From NCBI GenBank assembly GCA_034433385.1, contig DAOUAN010000154.1, positions 3,806 through 67,805 on the forward strand: DNA of 64,000 bases. The letters run 5' to 3'. The stretch's first letter is position 1. Every line of letters begins with the position of its first letter. Shown one piece after another: positions 17,606 through 27,723 of the stretch. This DNA is from Anaerolineales bacterium (GTDB lineage: Bacteria; Chloroflexota; Anaerolineae; Anaerolineales; Villigracilaceae). Below the pieces are notes generated by a model, which was given only the letters and a program-made list of their open reading frames with translations, had not been told where the DNA came from and made no database searches. A program made the position numbers and the translations under genes.

Positions 17606-17747
17606 ACTCTTATTGTGGCTGAATTTACTTTACACTTGCGTAATCTCCCCTTGCAGTTCTGTAGGATAATTTCCTGAGCAGGGGGCTTCGCTTTTTGTGA
17701 TGTTGTAGCCTCAAATCAGGTCGCTTTAAGTTATACTTGCAGCGCTT

Positions 17748-19547
17748 ATGACTGACCATATTCGTAATTTCTGCATTATTGCTCATGTGGATCACGGCAA
17801 GTCCACGCTGGCGGATCGCTTGCTGCAACTGACCGGCACGATTTCTGATCGTGAGATGACGGAGCAGGTGCTCGATAGCATGGACCTGGAACGCGAGAAG
17901 GGTGTGACCATCAAGGCTTCGGCAGTGCGCATGAATTACACCGCCCATGACGGCAAGACTTATGAGCTGAACCTGATCGACACCCCCGGCCATGTCGATT
18001 TTGGCTACGAGGTCAGCCGGGCTTTGGCGGCCTGTGAAGGCGCTATCCTGGTCGTGGATGCTACCCAAGGGATCGAGGCCCAAACCCTGGCAAATTTGTA
18101 TTCCGCGATTGACGCTAACCTGGAGATCATTCCGGTCATTAACAAGATTGACCTGCCCTCTGCCCGCCCCGATGAAGTGGCTGAAGATGTCGGTAGCCTG
18201 CTCGGGGTCCCGCCTGATTCGGTGCTTCGCATTTCTGCGAAAGAGGGGAGAAACGTCGAGGCTGTCCTGGAAGCCATCGTGCAGAAGATCCCGCCTCCCA
18301 AAGGTGAAGCGGGCCGCCCCCTGCGCGCCCTGGTGTTTGATTCACATTATGATTCCTACAAAGGTGTCATCGCTTATGTCCGCATCATGGAAGGATCGGT
18401 GCGTGTGCCCGATTCGCTGCGCATGATGTCCACGAAAGCGGATTTTAAACCGGTGGAGATTGGAATTTTTGCCCCAGGTATGAAACCGGTAGATGGATTA
18501 ACCGCTGGTGAGGTAGGTTATATCGCCACCGGTTTTAAGACTGTGCATGAATGCCGCGTGGGGGATACGATCACGCTCAGTGCCTCCCCCGCCGCCGACC
18601 CGCTGCCGGGCTACCGCCATCCTAAGCCCATGGTTTTTGCCGGCATTTATCCGGTGGAGGCCGATGATTACGCTGATTTGCGTGATGCCCTGGAAAAATT
18701 GCAACTCAACGATGCCTCGCTGACCTTCCAACCGGAAACCTCGCAGGCCCTGGGCTTTGGCTTTCGGGCGGGTTTTTTGGGTCTCTTCCACATGGAAATC
18801 ATCCAGGAACGGCTTGAGCGCGAGTATTTGCTGGATGTGCTCTTTACTGCTCCCTCGGTGGAATATCAGGTGGTGCTGAATGATGGTTCGATTCTGCTGG
18901 TGGATTCGCCTGCTGAATTACCGGATGAAAGCAAGATCGTCGAGATTCGCGAGCCATGGATGACGATTGAAATCATTACCCCAACCGAATTCTACGGCCC
19001 CATCATGGACCTGGTCACCAAACGTCGCGGTGTTTTTAAATCGCAAGAATATCCGGCGCCGCATCGTGTCCAGCTCAATTTTGAAATTCCGCTTTCGGAA
19101 ATCATTGTGGACTTTTTCGATGAGCTCAAGTCACGCACCCGTGGCTATGCATCACTGGATTACCAATTCCTTGAGTATCGGCCAGATGATTTGCAAAAAC
19201 TGGAAATCCTGGTCAACGGCGAGCCGGTGGATGCGCTGGCGACGATTGTCCACAAAAAGGATGCCTTCCATAAAGGTCAGCGCCTGATCACCAAGCTCAA
19301 AGACCTGATCCCGCGCCAGTTGTTTGATGTGGCGGTGCAGGCTGCTGCCGGAGGACGGGTGATTTCGCGAGCCAATGTCAAGGCCACCCGTAAAGACGTG
19401 CTTGCCAAGTGTTATGGCGGCGATATTACCCGCAAGAAGAAACTACTCGAAAAGCAAAAGCGTGGCAAAAAACGCCTGAAAATGGTGGGTAACGTGGAAA
19501 TCCCACAAGAAGCTTTCATGGCCGTTCTGCGCCTGGATGAGGAGTAG
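17748..19547 (+). CDS. lepA: Elongation factor 4 (LepA)
   Basis: [23 protein letters not shown]-domain, [13 protein letters not shown], and the LepA-specific C-terminal region. Confidence 0.95.
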   Translation: MTDHIRNFCIIAHVDHGKSTLADRLLQLTGTISDREMTEQVLDSMDLEREKGVTIKASAVRMNYTAHDGKTYELNLIDTPGHVDFGYEVSRALAACEGAILVVDATQGIEAQTLANLYSAIDANLEIIPVINKIDLPSARPDEVAEDVGSLLGVPPDSVLRISAKEGRNVEAVLEAIVQKIPPPKGEAGRPLRALVFDSHYDSYKGVIAYVRIMEGSVRVPDSLRMMSTKADFKPVEIGIFAPGMKPVDGLTAGEVGYIATGFKTVHECRVGDTITLSASPAADPLPGYRHPKPMVFAGIYPVEADDYADLRDALEKLQLNDASLTFQPETSQALGFGFRAGFLGLFHMEIIQERLEREYLLDVLFTAPSVEYQVVLNDGSILLVDSPAELPDESKIVEIREPWMTIEIITPTEFYGPIMDLVTKRRGVFKSQEYPAPHRVQLNFEIPLSEIIVDFFDELKSRTRGYASLDYQFLEYRPDDLQKLEILVNGEPVDALATIVHKKDAFHKGQRLITKLKDLIPRQLFDVAVQAAAGGRVISRANVKATRKDVLAKCYGGDITRKKKLLEKQKRGKKRLKMVGNVEIPQEAFMAVLRLDEE

Positions 19548-19594
19548 GCCGCGTTTATGCCGCTGCTGTGCAGGTTCCACTTGGGGAGGCAAAA

Positions 19595-20590
19595 ATGTCT
19601 TTCTTGAAAGGCGCCAGGCGCTGGCTGCCGGGGGCGCTCATCAGCGGCGTGCTCATCGTCGCCATCTTGTATTTTGTAGATTTCAAAGCAACCTGGGCCA
19701 CCTTGCGCACTGCCAATTATGCTGTCCTTGCCCTGGTCATGATGCTTTCTCTCGTCTGGATGGCGGTACGTGCCCAGGTTTGGCGCACACTTTTACGCGA
19801 TCGCGCCGCCTATGGCGAAATTTTCCTGACCATCGGCGAGGGCTATCTGCTCAACAACTTTTTGCCGTTTCGCCTCGGAGAATTGGGCCGTGCCTTTTTG
19901 CTCAGCCGTAAAAGTGATTTGCAATTCAGCGAAATCTTGCCCACCATTGTGGTAGAGCGCGCTGTAGATTTAGGCTTTTCGGCCGCCGTATTGCTCATTT
20001 CCCTGCCGTTTGTGGTAGGCGCACAAGGCTCAGAGAAAATCGGCCTGGTGGTGGGCGGAGCCGTTTTATTGGGCCTGCTGCTGCTTTACTTCCTGGCACG
20101 CAACCAGGAGAGGGCCCTTCGGCTGTTTCACTCCCTCACCGTTCGCTGGCCTGCGCTTCAACGCCTGGGGGGAGGCTTTCTCGAATCTTTCCTCAGCGGC
20201 CTGGGCATTCTGACCAATGGCTGGCTTTTCCTCCGTTTTTTATTTTGGATGACGATCAATTGGGGGCTTTCTATTCTTTCCTACTACCTCATGATTCGCG
20301 CCTTTTTCCCTCAGGCGCAACTGGTATGGGGCATGTTTGGCCTGGGAGCCGCTGCCTTTGGGGGGGCGATTCCGTCTCTGCCGGGGGCAGTAGGGACTTT
20401 TGAAGGGGCTTTCGGCGGGGCGATCACCCTGCTTACTGGCGACCAATCGGGTGCTCTCGCTGTGGCCCTCACCGGTCGGTTTTACAATTATCTCAACAGT
20501 GGCCTGGTGGGAGGCATCGGCCTCTTCCGCGAAGGACAGACCATTTCGGGGATCTATCGTCAATTGCGGCAGCTAGTCAAAATCGAATAG
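19595..20590 (+). CDS. UPF0104 / lysylphosphatidylglycerol-synthase-TM-region (flippase-like) membrane protein
   Basis: Polytopic protein with a PFRLGELGRAFLL motif. GGGGAGG lies upstream of ATG 19595. Confidence 0.6.
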   Translation: MSFLKGARRWLPGALISGVLIVAILYFVDFKATWATLRTANYAVLALVMMLSLVWMAVRAQVWRTLLRDRAAYGEIFLTIGEGYLLNNFLPFRLGELGRAFLLSRKSDLQFSEILPTIVVERAVDLGFSAAVLLISLPFVVGAQGSEKIGLVVGGAVLLGLLLLYFLARNQERALRLFHSLTVRWPALQRLGGGFLESFLSGLGILTNGWLFLRFLFWMTINWGLSILSYYLMIRAFFPQAQLVWGMFGLGAAAFGGAIPSLPGAVGTFEGAFGGAITLLTGDQSGALAVALTGRFYNYLNSGLVGGIGLFREGQTISGIYRQLRQLVKIE

Positions 20591-20593
20591 GCT

Positions 20594-21256
20594 ATGTTCC
20601 CCCTCTACGATACCATCCGCACGCGGCATTTTCCCTGGATGAACTGGATGCTCATCCTGGCGAACGCGGCGGTCTTCTCCTTTGAGTTGTCTCTCGGCCC
20701 AGCCGGCATCCAGCGCTTCATCCAGACGTGGGGGCTGGTTCCCGTCCATCTGTTGACTCAACCCCAAAGGGCCTGGCCAACTCTCTTTACCAGCATGTTC
20801 ATTCACGGCGGCTGGTTTCATGTGTTGAGCAACCTGTGGTTTCTGGCCATCTTTGGCGATAACATTGAAGATTGGCTGGGCAAATTCCGCTATCTGATCT
20901 TTTATTTGCTGAGCGGCCTTTTCGCTGCCCTGTTACAGGTGTGCTTCACTTCCAACAGCATCCGCCCTCTGGTGGGCGCAAGCGGAGCCATCGCAGGCGT
21001 GCTGGGAGCCTATCTGGTCCTGTACCCCCAGGCGCGCGTCGTCAGTTTTGTCCCCCTTTTGCTGGTGTTTACCATTGCCGAAATTCCTGCCGTGGTATAC
21101 CTGTTTATGTGGTTCCTCTTACAAATCGTTTCAGGGTTGTTTGCTCTGGATGGCGTCGGCGGAAAGGACATTCCCTGGTGGGCACATATTGGCGGATTTC
21201 TATTTGGCATGATCGCTGCCCTGTTTTTTATCCGGCAGCGTACCTATCCTCAATAA
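20594..21256 (+). CDS. Rhomboid family intramembrane serine protease
   Basis: FIHGGWFHVLSNLWFL (HxxxN) and GASGAIAGVLGAY (GxSG), with a downstream His in WAHIGGF. Confidence 0.85.
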   Translation: MFPLYDTIRTRHFPWMNWMLILANAAVFSFELSLGPAGIQRFIQTWGLVPVHLLTQPQRAWPTLFTSMFIHGGWFHVLSNLWFLAIFGDNIEDWLGKFRYLIFYLLSGLFAALLQVCFTSNSIRPLVGASGAIAGVLGAYLVLYPQARVVSFVPLLLVFTIAEIPAVVYLFMWFLLQIVSGLFALDGVGGKDIPWWAHIGGFLFGMIAALFFIRQRTYPQ

Positions 21257-21274
21257 TTCAATCGGGAGAAAACT

Positions 21275-22303
21275 ATGTCGCGTAACTATCTGATTACCGG
21301 TGGAGCCGGGTTTATCGGCTCGAATTACGTGTATCGTCTGTTGCAACGCGGTGAAAAAGTGACCATCTACGATAATCTCAGCCGCGCCGGCGCAAAGATT
21401 AACCTCGCCTGGCTGGAAGAAACGTTTGGGAAAAACGCCTTCCGCCTCATCGTCGGAGATGTGACCGATGCCGCTCTTTTAACGGCAGCCGCCCGCGATG
21501 CCGATGTGATCGTTCACCTGGCTGGCCAGGTGGCCGTCACTACTTCCGTCACCCATCCCCGCGCCGATTTCGAAGCCAACGCCCTCGGCACATTCAATGC
21601 CCTGGAGGCTGCCCGCCTCTCCGGTCGAAACCCTATCTTTATCTTCGCATCTACAAATAAAGTCTATGGCGGCATGGAAGATGTCAAGATTGTGGAAGAT
21701 GCCACCCGCTGGCGCTATGCTGACCTGACTTACGGTTGCCCGGAGACCCAGCCGCTGGATTTTCACTCCCCCTATGGTTGCTCGAAGGGCACTGGCGATC
21801 AATACGTGCGCGATTACGCCCGCATCTACGGACTGCCCACCGTCGTTATGCGCCAGTCTTGTATTTATGGGCCGCGCCAATTTGGCGTGGAAGATCAGGG
21901 TTGGCTGGCCTGGTTGATCATTGCCGCCGTAACCGGCCGCCCCATTACCATTTACGGCGATGGCAAGCAAGTCCGAGATGTATTGCATGTGGACGATTTG
22001 CTCAATGCCTACGATGCAGCCATCGAGCGGATTGAACAGGCCAGGGGCGAAGTGTACAACATGGGCGGTGGGCCGCGCAATGTGCTGGCTGTTTGGGCTG
22101 AATTTGGACCGATGCTGGAAAAATTGCTCGGGCGTAAAATCCCCGTGACCTATGCCGATTGGCGCCCGGGCGACCAGCGCGTCTTTTACGCCGATTACCG
22201 CAAAGCGCAACGTGAACTGGGCTGGGAACCGCGCATTGACCTGGAAGAGGGCATCGAACGCCTGTTTAACTGGGTGAAAGAAAACCAGCCTCTGTTCAAG
22301 TGA
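21275..22303 (+). CDS. NAD-dependent sugar-nucleotide epimerase/dehydratase (extended SDR)
   Basis: ITGGAGFIGSNYV Rossmann motif and catalytic YGCSKGTGDQY (YxxxK). Confidence 0.85.
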   Translation: MSRNYLITGGAGFIGSNYVYRLLQRGEKVTIYDNLSRAGAKINLAWLEETFGKNAFRLIVGDVTDAALLTAAARDADVIVHLAGQVAVTTSVTHPRADFEANALGTFNALEAARLSGRNPIFIFASTNKVYGGMEDVKIVEDATRWRYADLTYGCPETQPLDFHSPYGCSKGTGDQYVRDYARIYGLPTVVMRQSCIYGPRQFGVEDQGWLAWLIIAAVTGRPITIYGDGKQVRDVLHVDDLLNAYDAAIERIEQARGEVYNMGGGPRNVLAVWAEFGPMLEKLLGRKIPVTYADWRPGDQRVFYADYRKAQRELGWEPRIDLEEGIERLFNWVKENQPLFK

Positions 22304-22913
22304 GGCGTATCTTTTCCAAAATCATTTTTCGCAATTCGTCTTGAACAACCTGCCACGGCTGACTGGCATCAATCACCTGCCAGCGCCGTGGCTCTTGTTT
22401 GACCAGTTCGAGGTAACCGGCTCGCACCCGACGGTGAAACTCCACGTCGTAAGCATCCAGCCGGTTCCACTCGCCGTTTTTCGTTTTGCGCTTCAGTCCA
22501 ATTTCTACTTCTACATCCAACAAAAACGTGAGATCGGGTGTCAGCCCGCCGGTGGCATATTCGATCAATGCCCGTATTTGCCTCAGGTCCTGGCGGTGAC
22601 CGTATCCCTGATAGGCCAGCGTCGAATCAGCGAAGCGGTCGGAGATGACAAGGTATCCCTCTGCCAGCTTAGGGCGGATCACCTGCTCCACAATTTGAGC
22701 GCGTGCTGCCTGATAGAGCAAGGTTTCCGTGCGCGGGTGCATATCGGTGTTTTTCAAATCGTGGATGACGGTGCGAATCTGCTCGCCAATGTCGGTGCCC
22801 CCCGGCTCACGCGTAGTGAAAATGCGATACCCCTGGCCGCGTAACCATTCGGCCAGGGGGGGGATGTGCGATGTTTTGCCTGACCCTTCAGGCCCCTCGA
22901 GAGTAATAAACAT
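22296..22913 (-). CDS. tmk: Thymidylate kinase
   Basis: MFITLEGPEGSGKTSH P-loop, TREPGGT and DRFADSTLAYQG. Confidence 0.9.
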   Translation of the reverse strand: MFITLEGPEGSGKTSHIPPLAEWLRGQGYRIFTTREPGGTDIGEQIRTVIHDLKNTDMHPRTETLLYQAARAQIVEQVIRPKLAEGYLVISDRFADSTLAYQGYGHRQDLRQIRALIEYATGGLTPDLTFLLDVEVEIGLKRKTKNGEWNRLDAYDVEFHRRVRAGYLELVKQEPRRWQVIDASQPWQVVQDELRKMILEKIRLT

Positions 22914-22926
22914 GGTGTGCTCTCGC

Positions 22927-24522
22927 TTACTCGCGGAAAATCCTTACATGCCGACGCGGCTCTTTGCCATAGGAATGACTCACCAGGTCAGCCTGCCGCG
23001 CCATCTCATGCTGCAACCGCCGTACCAGCGAAGGCCCGGGGGGCAGGTCCACCCAGCGTTCGCCGTTCAGCACTGCCTGAATAGCTTGCTGGGTTTGCGC
23101 GCGAACCGCCTCCAGGTCTGCCGAGGTAAACTGCTCTCCCTTCAGGTTGAAGAGATCACTCAAGAACTGTTCCATTTGCCCAACTGTGCTGGAACGCAAA
23201 ACGTAGATCGGCAGACCGCGATGCTCGGCATCCACAATGGTTTGCTGACGATCGCGATAATACGTACGCAGGGTGACCAGAGCATCTGCCTCCATCACAT
23301 CTTTCACTACGATGGCTGGCACGCCCAGCCGTTTGGCTGCCTGCATCAAGCGGTTACGTGCCACCCCGTAGGGGTAAATGCGCACCGTTTGGAGCACGCC
23401 GCGAATCGGCTCAAAACGTGGTCCGCTCTCCTCGCCATAGGTCTCTGGGGTGACTTCCTGGTAAGGGCGAGCGCGTTTTGTGGAACGGCTCTCCTTCGCA
23501 TCTATACGGGATGAGGCGACCGGCGCGGCCTTTTCGATGTGAATATTCCCCTCCGCATCGCGAGTGCGAATCTCCGGCGGCAGCGGGAATCCGCGCAAAA
23601 GGGCATCCACGGAGGCCATGATGTCGCTGTGGATGGCGAAGCGATCGCGATTCTGAATCTCGATCAACACGTCGAAGGTGGGTGGGGCGCGTCTTTCCAG
23701 GACCGTTTTTTGGGTCCCGCGACGACGCGCTTCTTCGTCTGACAGGGTGACTGCCTCGATCCCGCCGACCAGGTCGGAAAGGGTGGGGTTCAGCAGCAGA
23801 TTCTCCAACGTCTGACCATGTGCCGTGCCGATGAGCTGAACGCCGCGCTCGGCAATGGTGCGGGCCGCCGCCGCCTCCAACTCTCGCCCGATTTCGTCAA
23901 TGACGATGACTTCGGGGTTGTGGTTTTCCACCGCCTCGATCATCACTTCGTGTTGGAGCATGGGTTCGCGCACTTGCATTCGCCGCGCTTTGCCGACGGC
24001 CGGGTGGGGCACATCTCCGTCGCCGCCGATTTCGTTGGAAGTATCCACGATGATGACGCGTTTGTTTTCGGCCAGGATGCGCGCTGCCTCACGCAGCAGG
24101 GTGGTCTTGCCTACGCCGGGGCGACCGAGGATCAACACCGACTTGCCGCTTTCGATGATGTCCTGGATGATGTCCACGGTGCCATAAACAGCGCGCCCGA
24201 CGCGCAAGGTCAACCCCACGATATGGCCGCGGCGGTTGCGAATGGCTGAAATGCGGTGCAGCGTACGCTCAATGCCAGCGCGGTTATCGGCGTCAAATTC
24301 GCCGACACGCTCATCCACGTAATCAATCTCGGCGCGGGTAACTTCCCGCTCACGCAGAACAACCTCGCGTTCTACAAAGCGAGCCGTTGGCACACGCCCC
24401 AGGTCGAGGATGATCTCCAGCAGGTTTTCACTATCGTCAGCGCGTTCAACGGCGTGGCGAATATCTGCCGGGAGCACGTCGAGTAGTGCTTCAAGGTCAT
24501 CAGTAATTTTGAGTTGAGTCAT
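22927..24522 (-). CDS. SpoIIIAA/Ycf45-like P-loop ATPase with a C-terminal R3H domain
   Basis: LILGRPGVGKTTLLRE Walker A, VIVIDEIG Walker B, and a C-terminal R3H-like LPPGPSLVRRLQHEMARQADLVSHSYGKEPRRHVRIF. Confidence 0.7.
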   Translation of the reverse strand: MTQLKITDDLEALLDVLPADIRHAVERADDSENLLEIILDLGRVPTARFVEREVVLREREVTRAEIDYVDERVGEFDADNRAGIERTLHRISAIRNRRGHIVGLTLRVGRAVYGTVDIIQDIIESGKSVLILGRPGVGKTTLLREAARILAENKRVIIVDTSNEIGGDGDVPHPAVGKARRMQVREPMLQHEVMIEAVENHNPEVIVIDEIGRELEAAAARTIAERGVQLIGTAHGQTLENLLLNPTLSDLVGGIEAVTLSDEEARRRGTQKTVLERRAPPTFDVLIEIQNRDRFAIHSDIMASVDALLRGFPLPPEIRTRDAEGNIHIEKAAPVASSRIDAKESRSTKRARPYQEVTPETYGEESGPRFEPIRGVLQTVRIYPYGVARNRLMQAAKRLGVPAIVVKDVMEADALVTLRTYYRDRQQTIVDAEHRGLPIYVLRSSTVGQMEQFLSDLFNLKGEQFTSADLEAVRAQTQQAIQAVLNGERWVDLPPGPSLVRRLQHEMARQADLVSHSYGKEPRRHVRIFRE

Positions 24523-24530
24523 ATCTGTTT

Positions 24531-25481
24531 TTATTTTATCACGCTGGCAGGAGGGGGCTGTGGTTTTCTGGCCTGCTCTATGCGCAGCGGGGCAGCTGGC
24601 CTGGCCCGCCCCAGCACTTTTTCCATGGCCGGGGTCAGCTCCGGTTCTTTAATCGTTTGTGTTAGCCGGCGAACCATGACTGCCTGACGTGGTCCAACGG
24701 TGGCGCCTAAATCTTCCAGCACAGGCTCCAGCCAGGCTTGGTAGGAGCGTACACAGAAATATACAGGCAAATCACGCCGGTCGCTCAAGTGGGCCAGGAA
24801 GGCGAGTAACTTTTCACCGACTTGAGCGGTCTCCGGATGAATGAGTGGAAGTAAGACAATGCCCTGAGCGCCGCGCACGACGTTGATATAGCATTTTGCG
24901 CCATCGTTACACAACCAGCCGACACCTTGAACGGGCAAGGGTTCGATGGGATGCAAAAGAGGAGGCACAATTTGCTGGTACAGGCTTTGCAAAGCAGGGA
25001 GATGAACTGACTGCACACGCGTCCAGCCCAATTCACCTTTCTCGCCGTGGATGGTGCTAACATCCCAAATGCGCTGCCAGGCGTAGACCGAAAAGCCCGT
25101 CTGCCGCAAGGGGAGAAAGGCCGCGCTGCTTTCTTCAACTTCTGCCAGGATGTGAAAGACCCCCCAGATTCCCGCCTCGGCTACCAGCCGTTCGATCAGG
25201 TCGGGTAATTCGGGGTGTTGTAGATTGCTCAGAGGGGCCAGGTAATGCAAACGGGCAAAGGCATCCCCCGGGATGTGGTTGATGCCTCCTAGCACGGTTA
25301 TCCCGTTGTCTTCGGCCAGGGCGGCGTAATTATGTTGGCGGGGATTCATGGACGCCATCAGGCCAGATGTGCTCAAGGGGTTGCCATGTGTCAGCAGGCG
25401 AGTACTATCCAGGCTGGCGACTTCATGTCGATAGCGGTAAAGCACAGGCAGATCAAGCAGATCGAGCGGGCGGATGCTCAT
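24531..25481 (-). CDS. Hypothetical protein (possibly GNAT-like fold)
   Basis: A long ORF tightly packed with the upstream ATPase gene (8-nt gap). No motif is confidently recognised. Confidence 0.4.
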   Translation of the reverse strand: MSIRPLDLLDLPVLYRYRHEVASLDSTRLLTHGNPLSTSGLMASMNPRQHNYAALAEDNGITVLGGINHIPGDAFARLHYLAPLSNLQHPELPDLIERLVAEAGIWGVFHILAEVEESSAAFLPLRQTGFSVYAWQRIWDVSTIHGEKGELGWTRVQSVHLPALQSLYQQIVPPLLHPIEPLPVQGVGWLCNDGAKCYINVVRGAQGIVLLPLIHPETAQVGEKLLAFLAHLSDRRDLPVYFCVRSYQAWLEPVLEDLGATVGPRQAVMVRRLTQTIKEPELTPAMEKVLGRARPAAPLRIEQARKPQPPPASVIK

Positions 25482-25520
25482 GGATGGATCGTAAGATGAG
25501 TCGAAACGCCTCCAACGGTT

Positions 25521-26102
25521 TTAATCTTTGACCAGCGAGAGAAAGTATTCGTGGAAGCGTGGATCAGGGGTTAACTCCGGATGAAAAGAAGTTGCCAGCA
25601 ATTTTCCCTGGCGTGCTGCGACGATACGTCCGTCGGGAAGGGTGGCGAGGGGATAAGCCGGCGTACTGACGCTTTCAATGAGCGGAGCGCGGATGAAGAC
25701 GGCGCGATAAGGCGCTTCGGTGTGGGTGGCAGATTTCAGTTCGGGAATATCCAGGTCCACTTCAAAGGATGCCACCTGTCGCCCAAAGGCATTTCGCTCG
25801 ACAGTGATGTCCATGATGCCGAGCAGAGGCTGATTGCGCCGGGCATCTTTGGAGAGAAAAATAGCGCCGGCGCAGGTGCCCCAAATGGCATGTGTTTTGC
25901 TAAATTCACGCAGTGGCTCCATCAAGCCAAAATCTACGGCCAGTTTGCCAATGGTGGTAGATTCACCGCCAGGGATGATGAGGCCATCCAGCCCGTCGAG
26001 GTGGCGCGGAAGGCGCACTTCGGCGGTCTCAACGCCGAGGCGCTTAAGCATGGCAATATGTTCGGCGAAATCGCCCTGAATAGCAAGGACTCCAATTTTC
26101 AT
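25521..26102 (-). CDS. pdxT: Pyridoxal 5-prime-phosphate synthase, glutaminase subunit
   Basis: MKIGVLAIQGDFAEH, GGESTT, WGTCAGAIFL and SFHPELT. Confidence 0.92.
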   Translation of the reverse strand: MKIGVLAIQGDFAEHIAMLKRLGVETAEVRLPRHLDGLDGLIIPGGESTTIGKLAVDFGLMEPLREFSKTHAIWGTCAGAIFLSKDARRNQPLLGIMDITVERNAFGRQVASFEVDLDIPELKSATHTEAPYRAVFIRAPLIESVSTPAYPLATLPDGRIVAARQGKLLATSFHPELTPDPRFHEYFLSLVKD

Positions 26103-26160
26103 AGTGTAGACCGTAGACGATGGACGGTGGACGGTCTATGGTCTACCGTCTACCGTCCAT
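26103..26160. repeat. Heptad-periodic palindromic repeat element (copy A), filling the pdxS-pdxT spacer
   Basis: GTAGACC GTAGACG ATGGACG GTGGACG | GTCTATG GTCTACC GTCTACC GTCCATG: four heptads followed by four heptads of the complementary type. ATGGACGGTGGAC can pair with GTCTACCGTCCAT. Confidence 0.75.
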
Positions 26161-26164
26161 GAGC

Positions 26165-27052
26165 TCACCATCCCCGCCCGGCGATCTTCTCGACCTCGGG
26201 CATGGTGGCAATGCTGCGGCCGACCATCGGTTCGCCCAGATTCTTGCTGACCTCGGCCAGAATGGCGGGATCGTTGTAATGGGTCACGGCTTTGACGATG
26301 GCCGCGGCGCGGCGCGCCGGATCGCCCGATTTGAAAATCCCGGAACCGACAAAGACGCCGTCCATGCCCAGCTGCATCATTAAAGCTGCGTCGGCAGGAG
26401 TAGCGATACCACCTGCAGCAAAGTTGACCACCGGCAGACGCCCCAGTTCTTTGGTTTCCTTTACCAGTTCAAACGGCGCACCAATGGATTTGGCATAGGC
26501 CATCAATTCTTCATCGGGCATGTTTTGCAGGCGCCGAATTTCACCCATCACCGCGCGGGCATGACGCACAGCCTCGACCACATCACCGGTGCCGGCTTCG
26601 CCTTTGGTGCGGATCATCGCCGCTCCCTCGCCGATACGGCGCAGGGCCTCGCCCAGGTTGCGTGCACCACACACAAAGGGCACTTTGAAGGCGTGTTTGT
26701 AAATATGATGTTCTTCATCGGCGGGAGTTAACACTTCAGATTCGTCAATGTAGTCAACGCCGATGGCTTCGAGAATTTGGGCTTCAACAAAGTGCCCGAT
26801 GCGGCATTTTGCCATCACCGGAATAGAGACCGCGTCCATAATCTTGAGAATCAGTTCCGGATCCGACATGCGCGCTACGCCCCCCTGGGCACGAATATCT
26901 GCCGGGACGCGCTCTAACGCCATCACTGCGCAGGCGCCAGCGTCTTCTGCAATTTTGGCGTGTTCAGGGGTGACAACGTCCATGATGACGCCCCCCTTGA
27001 GCATTTGTGCCAATCCCTTTTTTACCGCAAAAGTACCAGTTTGGGCTTCCAT
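26165..27052 (-). CDS. pdxS: Pyridoxal 5-prime-phosphate synthase, lyase subunit
   Basis: [16 protein letters not shown]...[17 protein letters not shown]...[15 protein letters not shown]. The start is set at MEAQTG (ATG 27052), preceded by AAGGAG. Confidence 0.95.
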   Translation of the reverse strand: MEAQTGTFAVKKGLAQMLKGGVIMDVVTPEHAKIAEDAGACAVMALERVPADIRAQGGVARMSDPELILKIMDAVSIPVMAKCRIGHFVEAQILEAIGVDYIDESEVLTPADEEHHIYKHAFKVPFVCGARNLGEALRRIGEGAAMIRTKGEAGTGDVVEAVRHARAVMGEIRRLQNMPDEELMAYAKSIGAPFELVKETKELGRLPVVNFAAGGIATPADAALMMQLGMDGVFVGSGIFKSGDPARRAAAIVKAVTHYNDPAILAEVSKNLGEPMVGRSIATMPEVEKIAGRGW

Positions 27053-27091
27053 AACACGAACTCCTTTTTTAACGCATAAGTTTGTGCGTAT

Positions 27092-27205
27092 ATTAGACTT
27101 TATCTGCAATAAGGCTCAGTTCTCTTTTGCATCGAATTTTCCGAAGAAAATTTGCTGTATTCGTGTCATTCGATGCGGAGTTGGCTATTGCAAATCATGA
27201 CAATT
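27092..27205 (+). repeat. 114-bp long-hairpin repeat, copy 1 (upstream region of pdxS)
   Basis: By eye this matches the reverse complement of 28963-29076 with only a handful of mismatches. The outer stem is TTTGCAATA/TATTGCAAA plus CAGCTCT/AGAGCTG. The inner stem is GCATCGAAT/ATTCGATGC. Confidence 0.75.
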
Positions 27206-27264
27206 GTGCTCTAAGCGCAATGATTTTACCACTGCTTATCTTTCTCCGTTTTCTTCTTTTCTCC

Positions 27265-27319
27265 TTGACATTTTCTGTTTGTTTGTGTACAATGATACAA
27301 AGATACAATGATACAATAT
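27265..27319 (+). promoter_or_regulatory. Promoter of the GntR gene, with four tandem TACAA(T/A)GA octamers
   Basis: TTGACA (27265-27270), a 17-nt spacer, then TACAAT (27288-27293). The octamers TACAATGA TACAAAGA TACAATGA TACAATAT run up to the ATG at 27318. No SD is visible. Confidence 0.55.
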
Positions 27320-27713
27320 GGTCATGAAAATTGAACTTGATTTCCGTTCCCCTATCTCGCTGACGGAGCAGATTGTTGAGCAAATCCGTCACCAAATTGC
27401 CAGTGGTGTGCTTAACCCAGGCGAACAATTGCCCACAGTACGTTCGCTGGCAACTGAATTGCGCATCAATTTCAACACGGTGGCGCGGGCGTATCGCATT
27501 CTGGATGAGATGGGTCTCATCTCCACTCAGCAAGGCCGCGGCACGTATGTAACTGAGATCCCACCGCCAGAGAGCGGCGAGAAATTGCGCCGAGAAACGC
27601 TGGATGCGTTGACCCGGCGTTATCTCGATGAGGCCAGACAATTGGGCTTTTCAAAAAATGAGATTGAGCAAGTGGTCAGCAACCATCTCCAGAGTTGGAG
27701 TGAATCGAGGTAA
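27318..27713 (+). CDS. GntR family transcriptional regulator (short, YtrA-like)
   Basis: Winged HTH PGEQLPTVRSLATELRINFNTVARAYRILDEMGLISTQQGRGTYV with a short C-terminal domain (131 aa in total). Confidence 0.85.
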   Translation: MVMKIELDFRSPISLTEQIVEQIRHQIASGVLNPGEQLPTVRSLATELRINFNTVARAYRILDEMGLISTQQGRGTYVTEIPPPESGEKLRRETLDALTRRYLDEARQLGFSKNEIEQVVSNHLQSWSESR

Positions 27714-27723
27714 ATAGAGAAGA

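Noticed and set aside
27127-27327. Small ORFs MHRIFRRKFAVFVSFDAELAIANHD... (27127-27327) and MHRISRRKFAIFVSFDAELAIANHD... (28859-29041) as a conserved peptide pair.
   Set aside because: The similarity simply reflects the 114-bp nucleotide repeat. There is no SD, the sequences diverge outside the repeat, and the DNA is better explained as a long hairpin element. A micro-ORF cannot be fully excluded.
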